A stretch of 64,000 bases of DNA from Candidatus Tepidifontimicrobium thermophilum (GCA_031459915.1 JAVKHO010000013.1:1-64000), one strand, 5' to 3'; shown: positions 50,342 to 58,982, counted from the stretch's first letter. Translations and numbers: made by a program. Notes: generated by a model from the letters alone, not told the origin.

Positions 50342-51318
50342 CGGGTCACCTCCACAGCCGCCCGCTTGACCTCCGACAGCCGCACCAGCTTGGCCTTCGC
50401 GGCCCGCCGGGGCAGGAACTCCAGCCCTGCGGTGGGGCCCAGGTCCACGCGGTCCAGGGAGACGAACCGGGACACCCGGTCCAGGGCCCGCAGGACTTCC
50501 TCCACGGTCTCCAGGCGGGTGTTCCGGGCGTCCAGCACCCCGAAGCCCAACCGCCGGTCCGGGGGGAACCCCTCCGCCTCCAGGACCTCCCAGTTCCGAG
50601 GGCCTGCCACGAAGTCCAACCCCACCGCCTGCACCGGCAGTTCCACCAACGCCCCCAGCAGGCCCCGGGCGTCGCCGAAGTACGTGTACAGGGCCACGGG
50701 CGAGCGCACGCCCTCCAGGACGGCCGCCATGGCCTCCCGGAACAGGGGCAGGTCGTCCTTGTAGTGCAGGATGGCGGGTTCGTCCAACTGCACTGCGGGC
50801 GGAGACTCCGCGTCCAGGGCCCGCAGTTCCTGGTTCAGCGCCCGGGCCACGGCCAGCACGAAGTCCGCAAACCTCGCGTAGTGGCGGTTCTGGCTGAGCC
50901 GGCTCAGGGTGTATGGGCCGGTCACCACCGGCTTGACGGGCCTGGGGCTGTGTCGGCGGGCGAACCGGTAGTCCTCCACGGTGATGGGCTCGCGCCAGCT
51001 CACGGGGCCCTCCGCCACCGGCTGGCGGTAGTACACGTTGGTGTCGAACCACCGCTGCAGCCCGTCGATGGTGAACCCGGACAGGCGGCGGGCGAAGTAC
51101 GTCTGAGGGTCCTCCCACCGGATCTGCCCGTCGGTGATCAGGTCCAGGCCCGCCTCCACCTGGTCCGCGATCGCCTCCAGGGTCACCTCGTCCTCCACCT
51201 GGCGGAACTGCTCGCGAGTGATCTCGCCCCGCTGTAGCTTCTCCGCGGCAGTCCGCCACCGGCCAGGTGCCGGCAAGTCAGGGATCTTCGGGTAGCTCCC
51301 CACGTGGGTGGTGCGCAA
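50338..51318 (-). CDS. Cobalamin-independent methionine synthase, non-catalytic N-terminal half
   Basis: ITDGQ, RWFDTNVYY, KPVVTGPYT, QLDEP, YTYFG; lacks the Zn ligands (PTAGL). TTG start. Confidence 0.82.
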   Translation of the reverse strand: MRTTHVGSYPKIPDLPAPGRWRTAAEKLQRGEITREQFRQVEDEVTLEAIADQVEAGLDLITDGQIRWEDPQTYFARRLSGFTIDGLQRWFDTNVYYRQPVAEGPVSWREPITVEDYRFARRHSPRPVKPVVTGPYTLSRLSQNRHYARFADFVLAVARALNQELRALDAESPPAVQLDEPAILHYKDDLPLFREAMAAVLEGVRSPVALYTYFGDARGLLGALVELPVQAVGLDFVAGPRNWEVLEAEGFPPDRRLGFGVLDARNTRLETVEEVLRALDRVSRFVSLDRVDLGPTAGLEFLPRRAAKAKLVRLSEVKRAAVEVTR

Positions 51319-51337
51319 GGCTTCCCTCCTTCTGCGG

Positions 51338-52480
51338 TCACGTGCCCCGCAGCACCGCGCGGGCGACGATCAGCCGCTGGATCTCGCTGGTGCCCTCTCC
51401 GATCTCGCAGAGGCGCACGTCCCGATAATACCGCTCCACGGGGTAGTCGCGGATGTACCCGTAGCCGCCGTGCACCTGCAGGGCGCGGTCTGCGGCCCGG
51501 TGGGCTGCCTCGGAGGCGTACAGCTTCGCCATGCTGGCCTCCTTGCGGAAGGGCAGGCCCTGATCCGCGAGCCAGGCGGCCCGCAGGACCAGCAGCCAGG
51601 CAGCGTCCAGCTCCACCGCGGAGTCCGCCAGCATCCACTGCACCGCCTGGAACTCCGCGATGGGCTTCCCGAAAGCCACCCGGCCCTTCGCGTACGCCAC
51701 GGCTGCCTCCAGGGCCGCCCGGCCGATGCCCACCGCCATGGCCCCGATACCGATCCGGCCGCCCTCCAGGACCCGCATGGCCTGGCCGTAGCCCTCCCCT
51801 TCGGCACCCAGCCGGTTCTCCTCCGGGACCTCCGCGTCCTCGAACACCACCTCCGCGGTGTCGGAGGCCCGCAGCCCCAGCTTGTCCTCCTTCTTGCCCA
51901 CCCGCAGGCCCGGCGTCCCCCGCTCCACCACAAAGGCGCTGATGCCCCCGGGCCCTTCTCCGCCCGTGCGCGCCAGCACCACGTACACCCCCGCCACGGA
52001 GCCCTGGGTGACGAAGACCTTCGTCCCGTTCAGTACGTACCGGTCCCCCCGCCGGTCCGCCCGGGTCCGCAGGGCCGCGGCGTCGCTGCCCGCCTGAGGC
52101 TCCGTGAGGCACCAGGCTCCCAACACCTCCCCGCGGGCCAGCCGCGGGAGGTAGCGGCGCTTTTGCTCCTCGTTGCCGAACAGCAGGATGTGGGCGGTGC
52201 ACAGGGAGTTGTGGGACGCCACGGTGAGGGCCAGGGCCCCGTCGCCCCACGCGATGCGCTCCACCGCCAGGGCCGCGGACACCGCGTCCATGCCGCTGCC
52301 TCCGTACTCCTCCGGCACCGCCAGGCCCAGCAAGCCCAGCTCCGCCAGCTGCGGCACCACCTCGTGCGGGAACCGGCCTTCCCGGTCCCACCGGGCGGCG
52401 TGAGGCCGCACCCGTTGCGCCGCGAACTCCGCCACTGCCTGGTAGACCAGCCGCTGGGACTCCGTCAGCTCGAAGCGCAC
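51338..52480 (-). CDS. Acyl-CoA dehydrogenase
   Basis: [42 protein letters not shown]. Confidence 0.95.
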   Translation of the reverse strand: MRFELTESQRLVYQAVAEFAAQRVRPHAARWDREGRFPHEVVPQLAELGLLGLAVPEEYGGSGMDAVSAALAVERIAWGDGALALTVASHNSLCTAHILLFGNEEQKRRYLPRLARGEVLGAWCLTEPQAGSDAAALRTRADRRGDRYVLNGTKVFVTQGSVAGVYVVLARTGGEGPGGISAFVVERGTPGLRVGKKEDKLGLRASDTAEVVFEDAEVPEENRLGAEGEGYGQAMRVLEGGRIGIGAMAVGIGRAALEAAVAYAKGRVAFGKPIAEFQAVQWMLADSAVELDAAWLLVLRAAWLADQGLPFRKEASMAKLYASEAAHRAADRALQVHGGYGYIRDYPVERYYRDVRLCEIGEGTSEIQRLIVARAVLRGT

Positions 52481-52483
52481 CCT

Positions 52484-53938
52484 TCACCCCTTCACCACAC
52501 CGATGGGCCGCATCTTCGCTACCTTCCGGGAGATCCCTGCCCCGTGGCAGACCTCCACCACGTCGGCCACGTCCTTGTAGGCCTCGGAGGCCTCCTCCGC
52601 CAGGAGGGACCGGTTCTGCGCCCGTACCAGAATGCCGCGCTTCTCCAGTTCCGCGGCGATGTCCACACCCCGCAGCTCCCGCACCGCGGCCTTCCGGCTC
52701 CGCACGCGTCCGGCGCCGTGGCAGGTGCTGCCGAAGGTCTCCTCCATGGCCCGCTCGGTCCCCACGGCCACGAAGGAGTACCGCCCCATATCGCCCGGGA
52801 TCAGCACCGGCTGGCCGATGTCCCGGTACCGGGCGGGGATCTCCGGGTGGCCGGGCGGGAACGCCCGCGTGGCGCCCTTCCGGTGCACCACCAGTCGGAC
52901 AGGACGGCCGTCCACCGGGTAGGTCTCCAGCTTGGCGATGTTGTGGGCCACGTCGTAAACCACCTGCAGCCCGATCTCGCGCAGATGCCGGCCCAGCACC
53001 TTGCTGAAGGACTCCCGGACCCAGTGGGTGATCATCTGCCGGTTCGCCCACGCGAAGTTGGCCGCGCAGCACATGGCCCGGAAGTACTCCTGGCCCTCCG
53101 GGGACGAGAAGGGAGCGCACGCCAGCTGTCGGTCCGGCAGGCTGATCCCGTACTTCCTGAGGGCACGGTCCGCCACCCGGAGGTAGTCCTCGCACACCTG
53201 GTAGCCGAGGCCCCGGGACCCCGTGTGGATGAACACCACCACCTGGCCGGGGAAAAGCCCCATGACCTCCGCGGCCCGGCGGTCGTACACCTCCTCCACC
53301 ACCTGCACCTCGAGGAAGTGGTTCCCCGAACCCAGGGTGCCGATCTGGTCCTTGCCGCGCTCCTTGGCCCGGGGGCTCACCGCGTCCGGGTCCGCGTCCC
53401 GGAGCTGGCCGGAGGCCTCGATGCTGTCGAGGTCCGCGGGAGTCCCGAAGCCCCGCTCCACCGCCCAGCGCGCCCCGCCCCGCAGCACGTCGTCCACCTC
53501 CCGCAGGGAGACCCGGACCTTCCCGGTGCTGCCCACGCCGGAGGGCACGTTGCGGAACAGCTCCTCCACCAGCTCCCGCAGCCGGGGGCGCACGTCGTCC
53601 TCCGTGAGGTCGGTGCGCAGCAGCCGGACGCCGCAGTTTATGTCGTAGCCCACGCCGCCCGGGGAGATCACCCCGTCGTCCGCGCGGAGCGCCGCCACCC
53701 CGCCCACGGGGAACCCGTAGCCCCAGTGGATGTCCGGCATGGCCAGGGAGTACCGGACGATCCCGGGCAGGGTGGCCACGTTGGCCACCTGCTCCAGGGC
53801 TTGGTCCTGGCCGATCTGCCGCAGCATGGTCTCGTCCGCGTACACGAGCCCCGGCACCCGCATGCCCGGCTTGTAGTCCTGCGGGATCTCCCACCGGTAC
53901 TCGTCGATCTTGCGCAGCACCCGTGTCCACTGCGTCAC
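52484..53938 (-). CDS. rtcB: RNA-splicing/repair ligase RtcB
   Basis: MPDIHWGYGFPVG, GYDINCG, GSGNHFLE, HTGSRG, HNIAK, HRKGAT, CHGAGR, EAYK. Confidence 0.95.
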   Translation of the reverse strand: MTQWTRVLRKIDEYRWEIPQDYKPGMRVPGLVYADETMLRQIGQDQALEQVANVATLPGIVRYSLAMPDIHWGYGFPVGGVAALRADDGVISPGGVGYDINCGVRLLRTDLTEDDVRPRLRELVEELFRNVPSGVGSTGKVRVSLREVDDVLRGGARWAVERGFGTPADLDSIEASGQLRDADPDAVSPRAKERGKDQIGTLGSGNHFLEVQVVEEVYDRRAAEVMGLFPGQVVVFIHTGSRGLGYQVCEDYLRVADRALRKYGISLPDRQLACAPFSSPEGQEYFRAMCCAANFAWANRQMITHWVRESFSKVLGRHLREIGLQVVYDVAHNIAKLETYPVDGRPVRLVVHRKGATRAFPPGHPEIPARYRDIGQPVLIPGDMGRYSFVAVGTERAMEETFGSTCHGAGRVRSRKAAVRELRGVDIAAELEKRGILVRAQNRSLLAEEASEAYKDVADVVEVCHGAGISRKVAKMRPIGVVKG

Positions 53939-53951
53939 GGCCGCACCTCCC

Positions 53952-53983
53952 AAACAAAGAGCCCCCCACTTCCGTGAGGGGCC
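53952..53983 (-). terminator. Intrinsic terminator-like hairpin between nifU and rtcB
   Basis: Minus strand ggcccctcac-GGAA-gtggggggct followed by ctttgttt. Confidence 0.6.
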
Positions 53984-54009
53984 CCGCGGACTGCGTCCGG
54001 CTGACGCGG

Positions 54010-54264
54010 CTAGAAGGGCACGGCCTCCACCGCCTGGATCTCCGGGACCTCCTCGCGGATCATCCGCTCCACCCCGGCCTGCAGGGTCATCATGGAGTAC
54101 ATGCAACCCACGCAGGCGCCCGCCAGCCGGATCTGTACGATGCCGTCAGACACGTCCACCAGCTCGATGTCCCCACCGTCCGCCTGGATGTAGGGCCGGA
54201 TAGCCTCCAGCACGCGCTCCACGCGCGCCCGCACGTCCAGTTCGTTCGAAACCGCCTCGCTCAT
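54010..54264 (-). CDS. NifU/NfuA-family Fe-S scaffold
   Basis: IRPYIQADGGDIE, GACVGC. Confidence 0.92.
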   Translation of the reverse strand: MSEAVSNELDVRARVERVLEAIRPYIQADGGDIELVDVSDGIVQIRLAGACVGCMYSMMTLQAGVERMIREEVPEIQAVEAVPF

Positions 54265-54278
54265 CCCCGCCTCCCCTG

Positions 54279-54647
54279 CTAGGCCTGCCGGGCCTCCTCA
54301 CACGGCTGCGCCTCGCCCGCGTCGTCCGCGGTCTTGAAGGAGTGCCCGCAGCCGCACGTGGCCACCGCCCTAGGGTTGTGAACCGCGAACCCCTCTCCGA
54401 ACGGCGTCTGCCGGTAGTCGATGCGCGCGCCGTCCATCACCCGCCAGGTCAGGGGGTCCACCACCAGCCGGATCCCGTACTGCTCGGTGACCCGGTCGTC
54501 CGGCTGGACCCGGTCGTCGAATCCCATCCCGTAGGTGAACCCCTCGCACCCGCCCTTGGTGACGAACAGGCGCAGGTAAACTTCCCCCGGCTGGTCCGCC
54601 ATCAGCTCCCGGATCTTCTGGGCCGCGACTTCCGTCAGGGTGATCAT
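54279..54647 (-). CDS. HesB/IscA-family Fe-S carrier
   Basis: ITLTEVA, GGCEG, NP, CGCG.SF. Confidence 0.92.
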   Translation of the reverse strand: MITLTEVAAQKIRELMADQPGEVYLRLFVTKGGCEGFTYGMGFDDRVQPDDRVTEQYGIRLVVDPLTWRVMDGARIDYRQTPFGEGFAVHNPRAVATCGCGHSFKTADDAGEAQPCEEARQA

Positions 54648-54693
54648 GCCGCCTCCCCGGCCCCGCGGAAAGCCTCCGCGGAAACCCGACTCG

Positions 54694-54722
54694 ATTCTAG
54701 GGGCCGGCCCGGGGCGTGTCAA
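54694..54722 (-). promoter_or_regulatory. Sigma70 promoter for iscA-nifU(-rtcB)
   Basis: TTGACA-17 nt-TAGAAT on the minus strand. Confidence 0.75.
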
Positions 54723-54742
54723 ACGCCTGGTCGCCCGCGCGG

Positions 54743-54771
54743 TTGGCCCCGTGCGGCGGGTGTGCTACAAT
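54743..54771 (+). promoter_or_regulatory. Sigma70 promoter for yjbQ
   Basis: TTGGCC-17 nt-TACAAT with an extended TG. Confidence 0.6.
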
Positions 54772-54854
54772 CCCGCTGATCTCGCAGGAACCCACGGACG
54801 GACCCTCGCCGGCCGCCAAGGCCGCGCAGGGTGTGACAAGGGAGGTATGCAGGC

Positions 54855-55316
54855 GTGAAGCGGGCGGCCGAGGCGGCTTCGGGGCTGTTCAAGGTCTTCA
54901 CGGAAACCTTCCAGATCCACAGCACGGAGCGGTTCGAGGTCCGGAACATCACCGACCTGGTCCGGAACCTCCCCGCCCTGGCGGAGGTCACGCACGGGAT
55001 CGTGCACCTGCAGTCCCTGCACACGACCACCGCGCTGTTCCTCAACGAGTTCCAGGACGCCCTACTGCAGGACGTCCGGGAGCTGCTGCAGCGGCTGGTA
55101 GCCGAGACGGAGCGCTACTTCCACAACGACCCCGCCTACTCCGACTGCGACCGGAGCAACGCCACCTCTCACCTCCGGTCGCTGCTCCTGGGGAACAGCG
55201 TCACCATCCCCATCCACGAGGGGAAGCTGCTGCTGGGCCGGTTCCAGAGCGTGATCTTCGCGGAGCTGGACGGCCCGCAGACGCGCCGGATCGTGGCGCA
55301 GGTCATGGGCGTCTAA
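54855..55316 (+). CDS. yjbQ: YjbQ/UPF0047 family protein
   Basis: HTT..L.LNE, NA.SHL, LGRFQ, ELDGP. Confidence 0.9.
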   Translation: MKRAAEAASGLFKVFTETFQIHSTERFEVRNITDLVRNLPALAEVTHGIVHLQSLHTTTALFLNEFQDALLQDVRELLQRLVAETERYFHNDPAYSDCDRSNATSHLRSLLLGNSVTIPIHEGKLLLGRFQSVIFAELDGPQTRRIVAQVMGV

Positions 55317-55333
55317 AAGACCCGTCAGGGGTC
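55314..55333 (-). terminator. Possible short terminator downstream of moeB
   Basis: Minus strand gaccc-ctgac-gggtc followed by tttt. Confidence 0.35.
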
Positions 55334-55358
55334 GCGCCGAGGGGGAAGGAGCCCGCCC

Positions 55359-56543
55359 TCAGGTCCGGCCTGCGGGCTCGCCCTCCGGTTCCGGCAGGCC
55401 CGTGCGGACCGGCCGGCCCGCGTTCTGCCAGGCGAGGATCCCACCCACCAGGTTGAACACGCGGTCGTAGCCGCGCTCCCGGAGCCACTGGGTCACCTTG
55501 CCGCTGCGCTGGCCGGAGGCGCAGTACACCACCACGGTCCGGTCCCTGGGGATCTCGTGGTACCGGGCCTCCACCTGGCCCATGGGGATCCACCGCATGC
55601 CCTCGATGTGGGCCTGAGCCACCTCCCAGGCCTCGCGCACGTCCAACAGCACGGCCCCCTCCCGGAGCAGCCCGTCCACCTCCGCCACGGACACCTCCGC
55701 GGGAGCCGGCTGGACCTCCACGGAGCGGTCGTGAGCCGGCACCCCGCAGAAGGCCTCGTAGTCGATGAGCTCGCGGAGGGTGGGGTGGTCGCCGCACACC
55801 GGGCAGTCGGGGTTCCGGGTCCACCGGACGAAGCGGATCTCGCCGGAAAGCGCGTCGAACAGCATGAGCCGGTTGGCCAGGGTCTCCCCCACCCCCAGGA
55901 GGATCTTGATGGCCTCCAGGGCCTGGTGGGTGCCCATGAAGCCGGCCACCGCCCCCACGATCCCGGCCTCCGCGCAGGAGGGCACCGCCCCCGGCGGCGG
56001 GGGGCTGGGGAACAGGCAACGGTAGCAGCCCCGGCCCGGGAGGAAGGTGGTCGCCTGCCCCTCCCAACGCAGGATGCTGGCGTCCACCAGGGGCTTCCCC
56101 AGCAGCACGCACGCGTCGTTGACCAGGTAACGGGTGGGGAAGTTGTCGCTGCCGTTGATGACCACGTCGTACTGCGAGAGGATCTCCAGGGCGTTGGCGG
56201 AGGTCAGCACGGTCTGGTGGGGCACCACCCGCACGTCGGGGTTCACGTCCTCCAAGGTCCGGCGGGCCGACTGGGTCTTGGGCCGGCCGATGTCGTGGTT
56301 GAAGTGCAGGATCTGCCGGTGCAGGTTGGTGAGGTCCACCCGGTCACCGTCTACGATCCCGATGGTGCCCACTCCCGCAGCGGCCAGGTACAGGGCCGCG
56401 GGCGACCCGAGCCCTCCGGCGCCCACCACCAGCACGCGGCCTTCCAGCAGCCTGCGCTGGCCCCCTACCCCGACCTCCTCCAGGATGATCTGCCTGGAGT
56501 ACCTCTGGAGCTGTTCCTCCGTCAGAGCCTCGACCTTCGTCAT
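55359..56543 (-). CDS. moeB: MoeB/ThiF adenylyltransferase-rhodanese fusion (MoeZ/MoeBR type)
   Basis: RYSRQ, GAGGLG, NLHRQ, CYRC...CPVC, C-terminal rhodanese CASGQRS. Confidence 0.93.
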   Translation of the reverse strand: MTKVEALTEEQLQRYSRQIILEEVGVGGQRRLLEGRVLVVGAGGLGSPAALYLAAAGVGTIGIVDGDRVDLTNLHRQILHFNHDIGRPKTQSARRTLEDVNPDVRVVPHQTVLTSANALEILSQYDVVINGSDNFPTRYLVNDACVLLGKPLVDASILRWEGQATTFLPGRGCYRCLFPSPPPPGAVPSCAEAGIVGAVAGFMGTHQALEAIKILLGVGETLANRLMLFDALSGEIRFVRWTRNPDCPVCGDHPTLRELIDYEAFCGVPAHDRSVEVQPAPAEVSVAEVDGLLREGAVLLDVREAWEVAQAHIEGMRWIPMGQVEARYHEIPRDRTVVVYCASGQRSGKVTQWLRERGYDRVFNLVGGILAWQNAGRPVRTGLPEPEGEPAGRT

Positions 56544-56621
56544 ACTCGTCTCCCGAACGCCTGAGTGGGTTCCGAATCCGGACAACGCGGGACGCGCGGG
56601 GGTATCCTCCCGAAGCGGGGT

Positions 56622-56672
56622 CTACCCCCGCCGGGGACAGATGCACTCGCGGGGCTTTCGCAGGCCTCCCAT
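56622..56672 (-). other. Candidate 16-aa leader peptide MGGLRKPRECICPRRG
   Basis: ATG...TAG mini-ORF just downstream of a predicted promoter, within the moeB 5' leader; translation not demonstrated. Confidence 0.3.
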
Positions 56673-56684
56673 GGGTCCGCTAGG

Positions 56685-56713
56685 AGGGTACCCGACCCGA
56701 GGGCCGGTGTCAA
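56685..56713 (-). promoter_or_regulatory. Sigma70 promoter for moeB (implies a leader of about 135 nt)
   Basis: TTGACA-17 nt-TACCCT on the minus strand. Confidence 0.6.
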
Positions 56714-56784
56714 ACGCGGAGGCAGCCCCAACCACGCGAGCGGGGTCGCTGACATGGGTGAACGGCGCGGGCGCCCGCACCCTC

Positions 56785-56793
56785 TGCTAAAAT
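56785..56793 (+). promoter_or_regulatory. Extended -10 (TGcTAAAAT) for the FNR gene
   Basis: Lies upstream of the AAGGAGG RBS and the ATG at 56821. Confidence 0.55.
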
Positions 56794-56820
56794 GCCCGCA
56801 GAACGCGTCAAGGAGGCGTC

Positions 56821-57834
56821 ATGGACCTGTACGACATCACCATCATCGGTGCAGGCCCCACCGGGTTGTTCGCGGCTTACTACGCGGGGTTCCGGGCCCT
56901 GCGGACGAAGATCATCGACAGCCAGTCCGACCTGGGTGGTCAGGTCACCGCCCTGTACCCCGACAAGTACATCTACGACGTGGCGGGATTCCCCAAGATC
57001 CTCGGCAAGGACCTCATCCGCAACCAGATCGAGCAGGCCATGCAGTACAACCCCACGGTCGTCCTCAACGAGCGGGTGGAGGTCCTGGAACGGCTGCCCG
57101 ACGGCCACTACCGCCTGGTCACCCACACGGGCCAGGAGCACTTCACCCGGGTCGTGCTGATCGCCGCGGGGATCGGTGCGTTCACCCCCAAGAAGTACAA
57201 CCGCCCCGAGCTGGACCGGTACGAGGGGCGGGGCCTGTTCTTCTCGGTCCGCAACCGGGACGACTTCCGGGGCCGGCGGGTGCTGGTGGTGGGAGGCGGG
57301 GACAGCGCCCTGGACTGGGCCCTGAACCTGCTGCCCATCACGCGGGAGCTCACCCTGATCCACCGGCGGGACCAGTTCCGCGCCCACGAGGACTCCGTGC
57401 GCAAGCTTATGAGCTCGGAGGCCAGGGTCAAGCTCTTCTACGAGCTGAAGGCCCTGGAGGGGGACGAGCGGGTGGAGCGCGCGGTCATCTTCAACAACCG
57501 GACCAAAGAGGAGGAGGTCCTGGAGGTGGACGCGGTCCTGGCCTTCCTCGGGCTGGTGAGCAACCTGGGGCCCATCCGGGAGTGGGGGCTCCAGATCGAG
57601 GACGACTCCATCGTGGTGAACACGAAGATGGAGACGAACCTGCCCGGCGTGTACGCGGCCGGCGACATCACCACGTACCCCGGGAAGCTCAAGCTCATCG
57701 CCACCGCGTACGGGGAGGCAGCCACCGCGGTCAACAACGCCTACACGTACCTGAACCCGGGCGCCAAGGCCTTCCCCGGACACTCCAGTGCCATCATGGA
57801 GAAGAAGGAACGGGAGGCAGCCCGGGCCGGCTGA
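56821..57834 (+). CDS. TrxB-like ferredoxin--NADP+ reductase (YumC type)
   Basis: GAGPTG, LYPDKYIYDVAG, GGGDSALDW, HRR, AAGDI, KLKLIA; no CxxC. Confidence 0.9.
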   Translation: MDLYDITIIGAGPTGLFAAYYAGFRALRTKIIDSQSDLGGQVTALYPDKYIYDVAGFPKILGKDLIRNQIEQAMQYNPTVVLNERVEVLERLPDGHYRLVTHTGQEHFTRVVLIAAGIGAFTPKKYNRPELDRYEGRGLFFSVRNRDDFRGRRVLVVGGGDSALDWALNLLPITRELTLIHRRDQFRAHEDSVRKLMSSEARVKLFYELKALEGDERVERAVIFNNRTKEEEVLEVDAVLAFLGLVSNLGPIREWGLQIEDDSIVVNTKMETNLPGVYAAGDITTYPGKLKLIATAYGEAATAVNNAYTYLNPGAKAFPGHSSAIMEKKEREAARAG

Positions 57835-57858
57835 AATTCCCTACCGGACCGGCCGGGG

Positions 57859-58524
57859 TCAGTCGCCGCCCCGGACGGCGGCCACCGGTTCCATCCTAAG
57901 AGTGCGCTTGGCCACCCACGCCAGCCAGCCGCCCACGGTCCACCGGGCGGGCTTCCGGGCCAGGTTGCGGAAGCCCACGGACAGGGCGTCCGCCACCGCC
58001 TGCTGCACGGCCTCCGGGGTGACGGGCCGGCCCAGCCGCAGGAGCTCGCGCTCCACCGCCCGTCGCAGGGCCGGCAGGTCCTCGTCCGCCAGCCGGTCGA
58101 AGGCCTCCCGGTCACCGGCCAGGGCCCGGTCCAGCAGCTCCCGTTCCTCCAGGAGCGTCCGCTGGTAAGCCTCCACCGCTTCCTCGGGCAGCGAGGCACG
58201 ACGGCGCTCGTGGGCGTGCTCCCGCCTGAGCTGGGCCTTGTACCGGGACAGCTGCTGCTCCAGGTCGTCGAAGGCGGCCCGGATCCAGCCCTCCGGGGTC
58301 GCGGACCGGTTGCGCCGGGCGTACAGCACCCGCCCGGGAAGGTACAGCCGGGCGCTGCCGGTGTACTCCTCCTTCCGGGCGGCCCGCTCCACCTGGACCT
58401 GCAGGTGCACGAGATCCGCCCGGAAGTGACGCAGGCGGCGCTGTAGCCGCGCCAGGGAGCGGTCCAAGACCTCGCGGGCGTACTCACCCAGCTCGAACCG
58501 CCGTGTGGTCACGTGCACTTCCAT
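57859..58524 (-). CDS. HPF/RaiA (S30EA) domain fused to an ECF-sigma region-2-like domain
   Basis: N-terminus MEVHVTTRRFEL...AAFDDLEQQLSRYK fits the HPF pattern; C-terminus ELLDRALAGDREAFDRL...GWLAWVA fits ECF sigma region 1.2/2. Confidence 0.7.
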   Translation of the reverse strand: MEVHVTTRRFELGEYAREVLDRSLARLQRRLRHFRADLVHLQVQVERAARKEEYTGSARLYLPGRVLYARRNRSATPEGWIRAAFDDLEQQLSRYKAQLRREHAHERRRASLPEEAVEAYQRTLLEERELLDRALAGDREAFDRLADEDLPALRRAVERELLRLGRPVTPEAVQQAVADALSVGFRNLARKPARWTVGGWLAWVAKRTLRMEPVAAVRGGD

Positions 58525-58982
58525 GCCGTCTCCTCCCCACTGAGTTCCTGCCAGGCCGGTTCCACCCCACACGTGCCGCACTCCGGCTCCTGCACCCCCA
58601 CCCACCGCACCGCTGCGTCCACCTGCTCCCAGTCCGGCTCCCCGGGGTGCGCCAGAACCCAGCCGGCGGCCACTTCCCCGCGACGGTCCAGCACCAGCAC
58701 CACCGCGTCCGCCTCCGGGCCGTACTGCCGGCGGGTGCGTCCCGTAGGGTCCCGCACCTGGGGGAACGGCGCCTCCAACCCTGCTTCCTCCTCGCGGACT
58801 CCCAGCGCCTCCACGCCCCAGGAGGACCACGCTCCGGCCCGCCGGCCCGCCGCCCGGGCCAGCTGGCGGCAGCTGAGGCAACCCGGACCGTGCAGGACCA
58901 GCACCACGTGCGCGTGCAGACGCCAACTCGGTAACGTCTGTCCCTGGCCGCCGTCCTCCACCCATACCGTCGCGGGTCTCAC
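58509..58982 (-). CDS. Redoxin (AhpC/TSA-like thioredoxin fold) protein with two CxxC motifs
   Basis: VVLVLHGPGCLSC, FPQVRDP.G, VLVLDRRGEV, C-terminal ECGTC; GTG overlaps the lipA stop. Confidence 0.62.
   Translation of the reverse strand: MRPATVWVEDGGQGQTLPSWRLHAHVVLVLHGPGCLSCRQLARAAGRRAGAWSSWGVEALGVREEEAGLEAPFPQVRDPTGRTRRQYGPEADAVVLVLDRRGEVAAGWVLAHPGEPDWEQVDAAVRWVGVQEPECGTCGVEPAWQELSGEETAWKCT

Noticed and set aside
52484..53938. RtcB as a dedicated repair partner of the HepT toxin
   Set aside because: The genes are more than 50 kb apart with no linkage; the chemistry is compatible but nothing in the sequence supports it.
54847..54858. Mini-ORF MQA overlapping the yjbQ start
   Set aside because: The ATG is too close to the SD sequence; the spacing fits GTG 54855.
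56646..56740. Long imperfect hairpin (ctcgc/gcgag, ggggct/agcccc, gcctcc/ggaggc) considered as 6S RNA or a Moco riboswitch
   Set aside because: I could not match the conserved motifs of either family. The hairpin spans a predicted promoter, and GC-rich DNA pairs easily by chance. An Infernal/Rfam scan would settle it.
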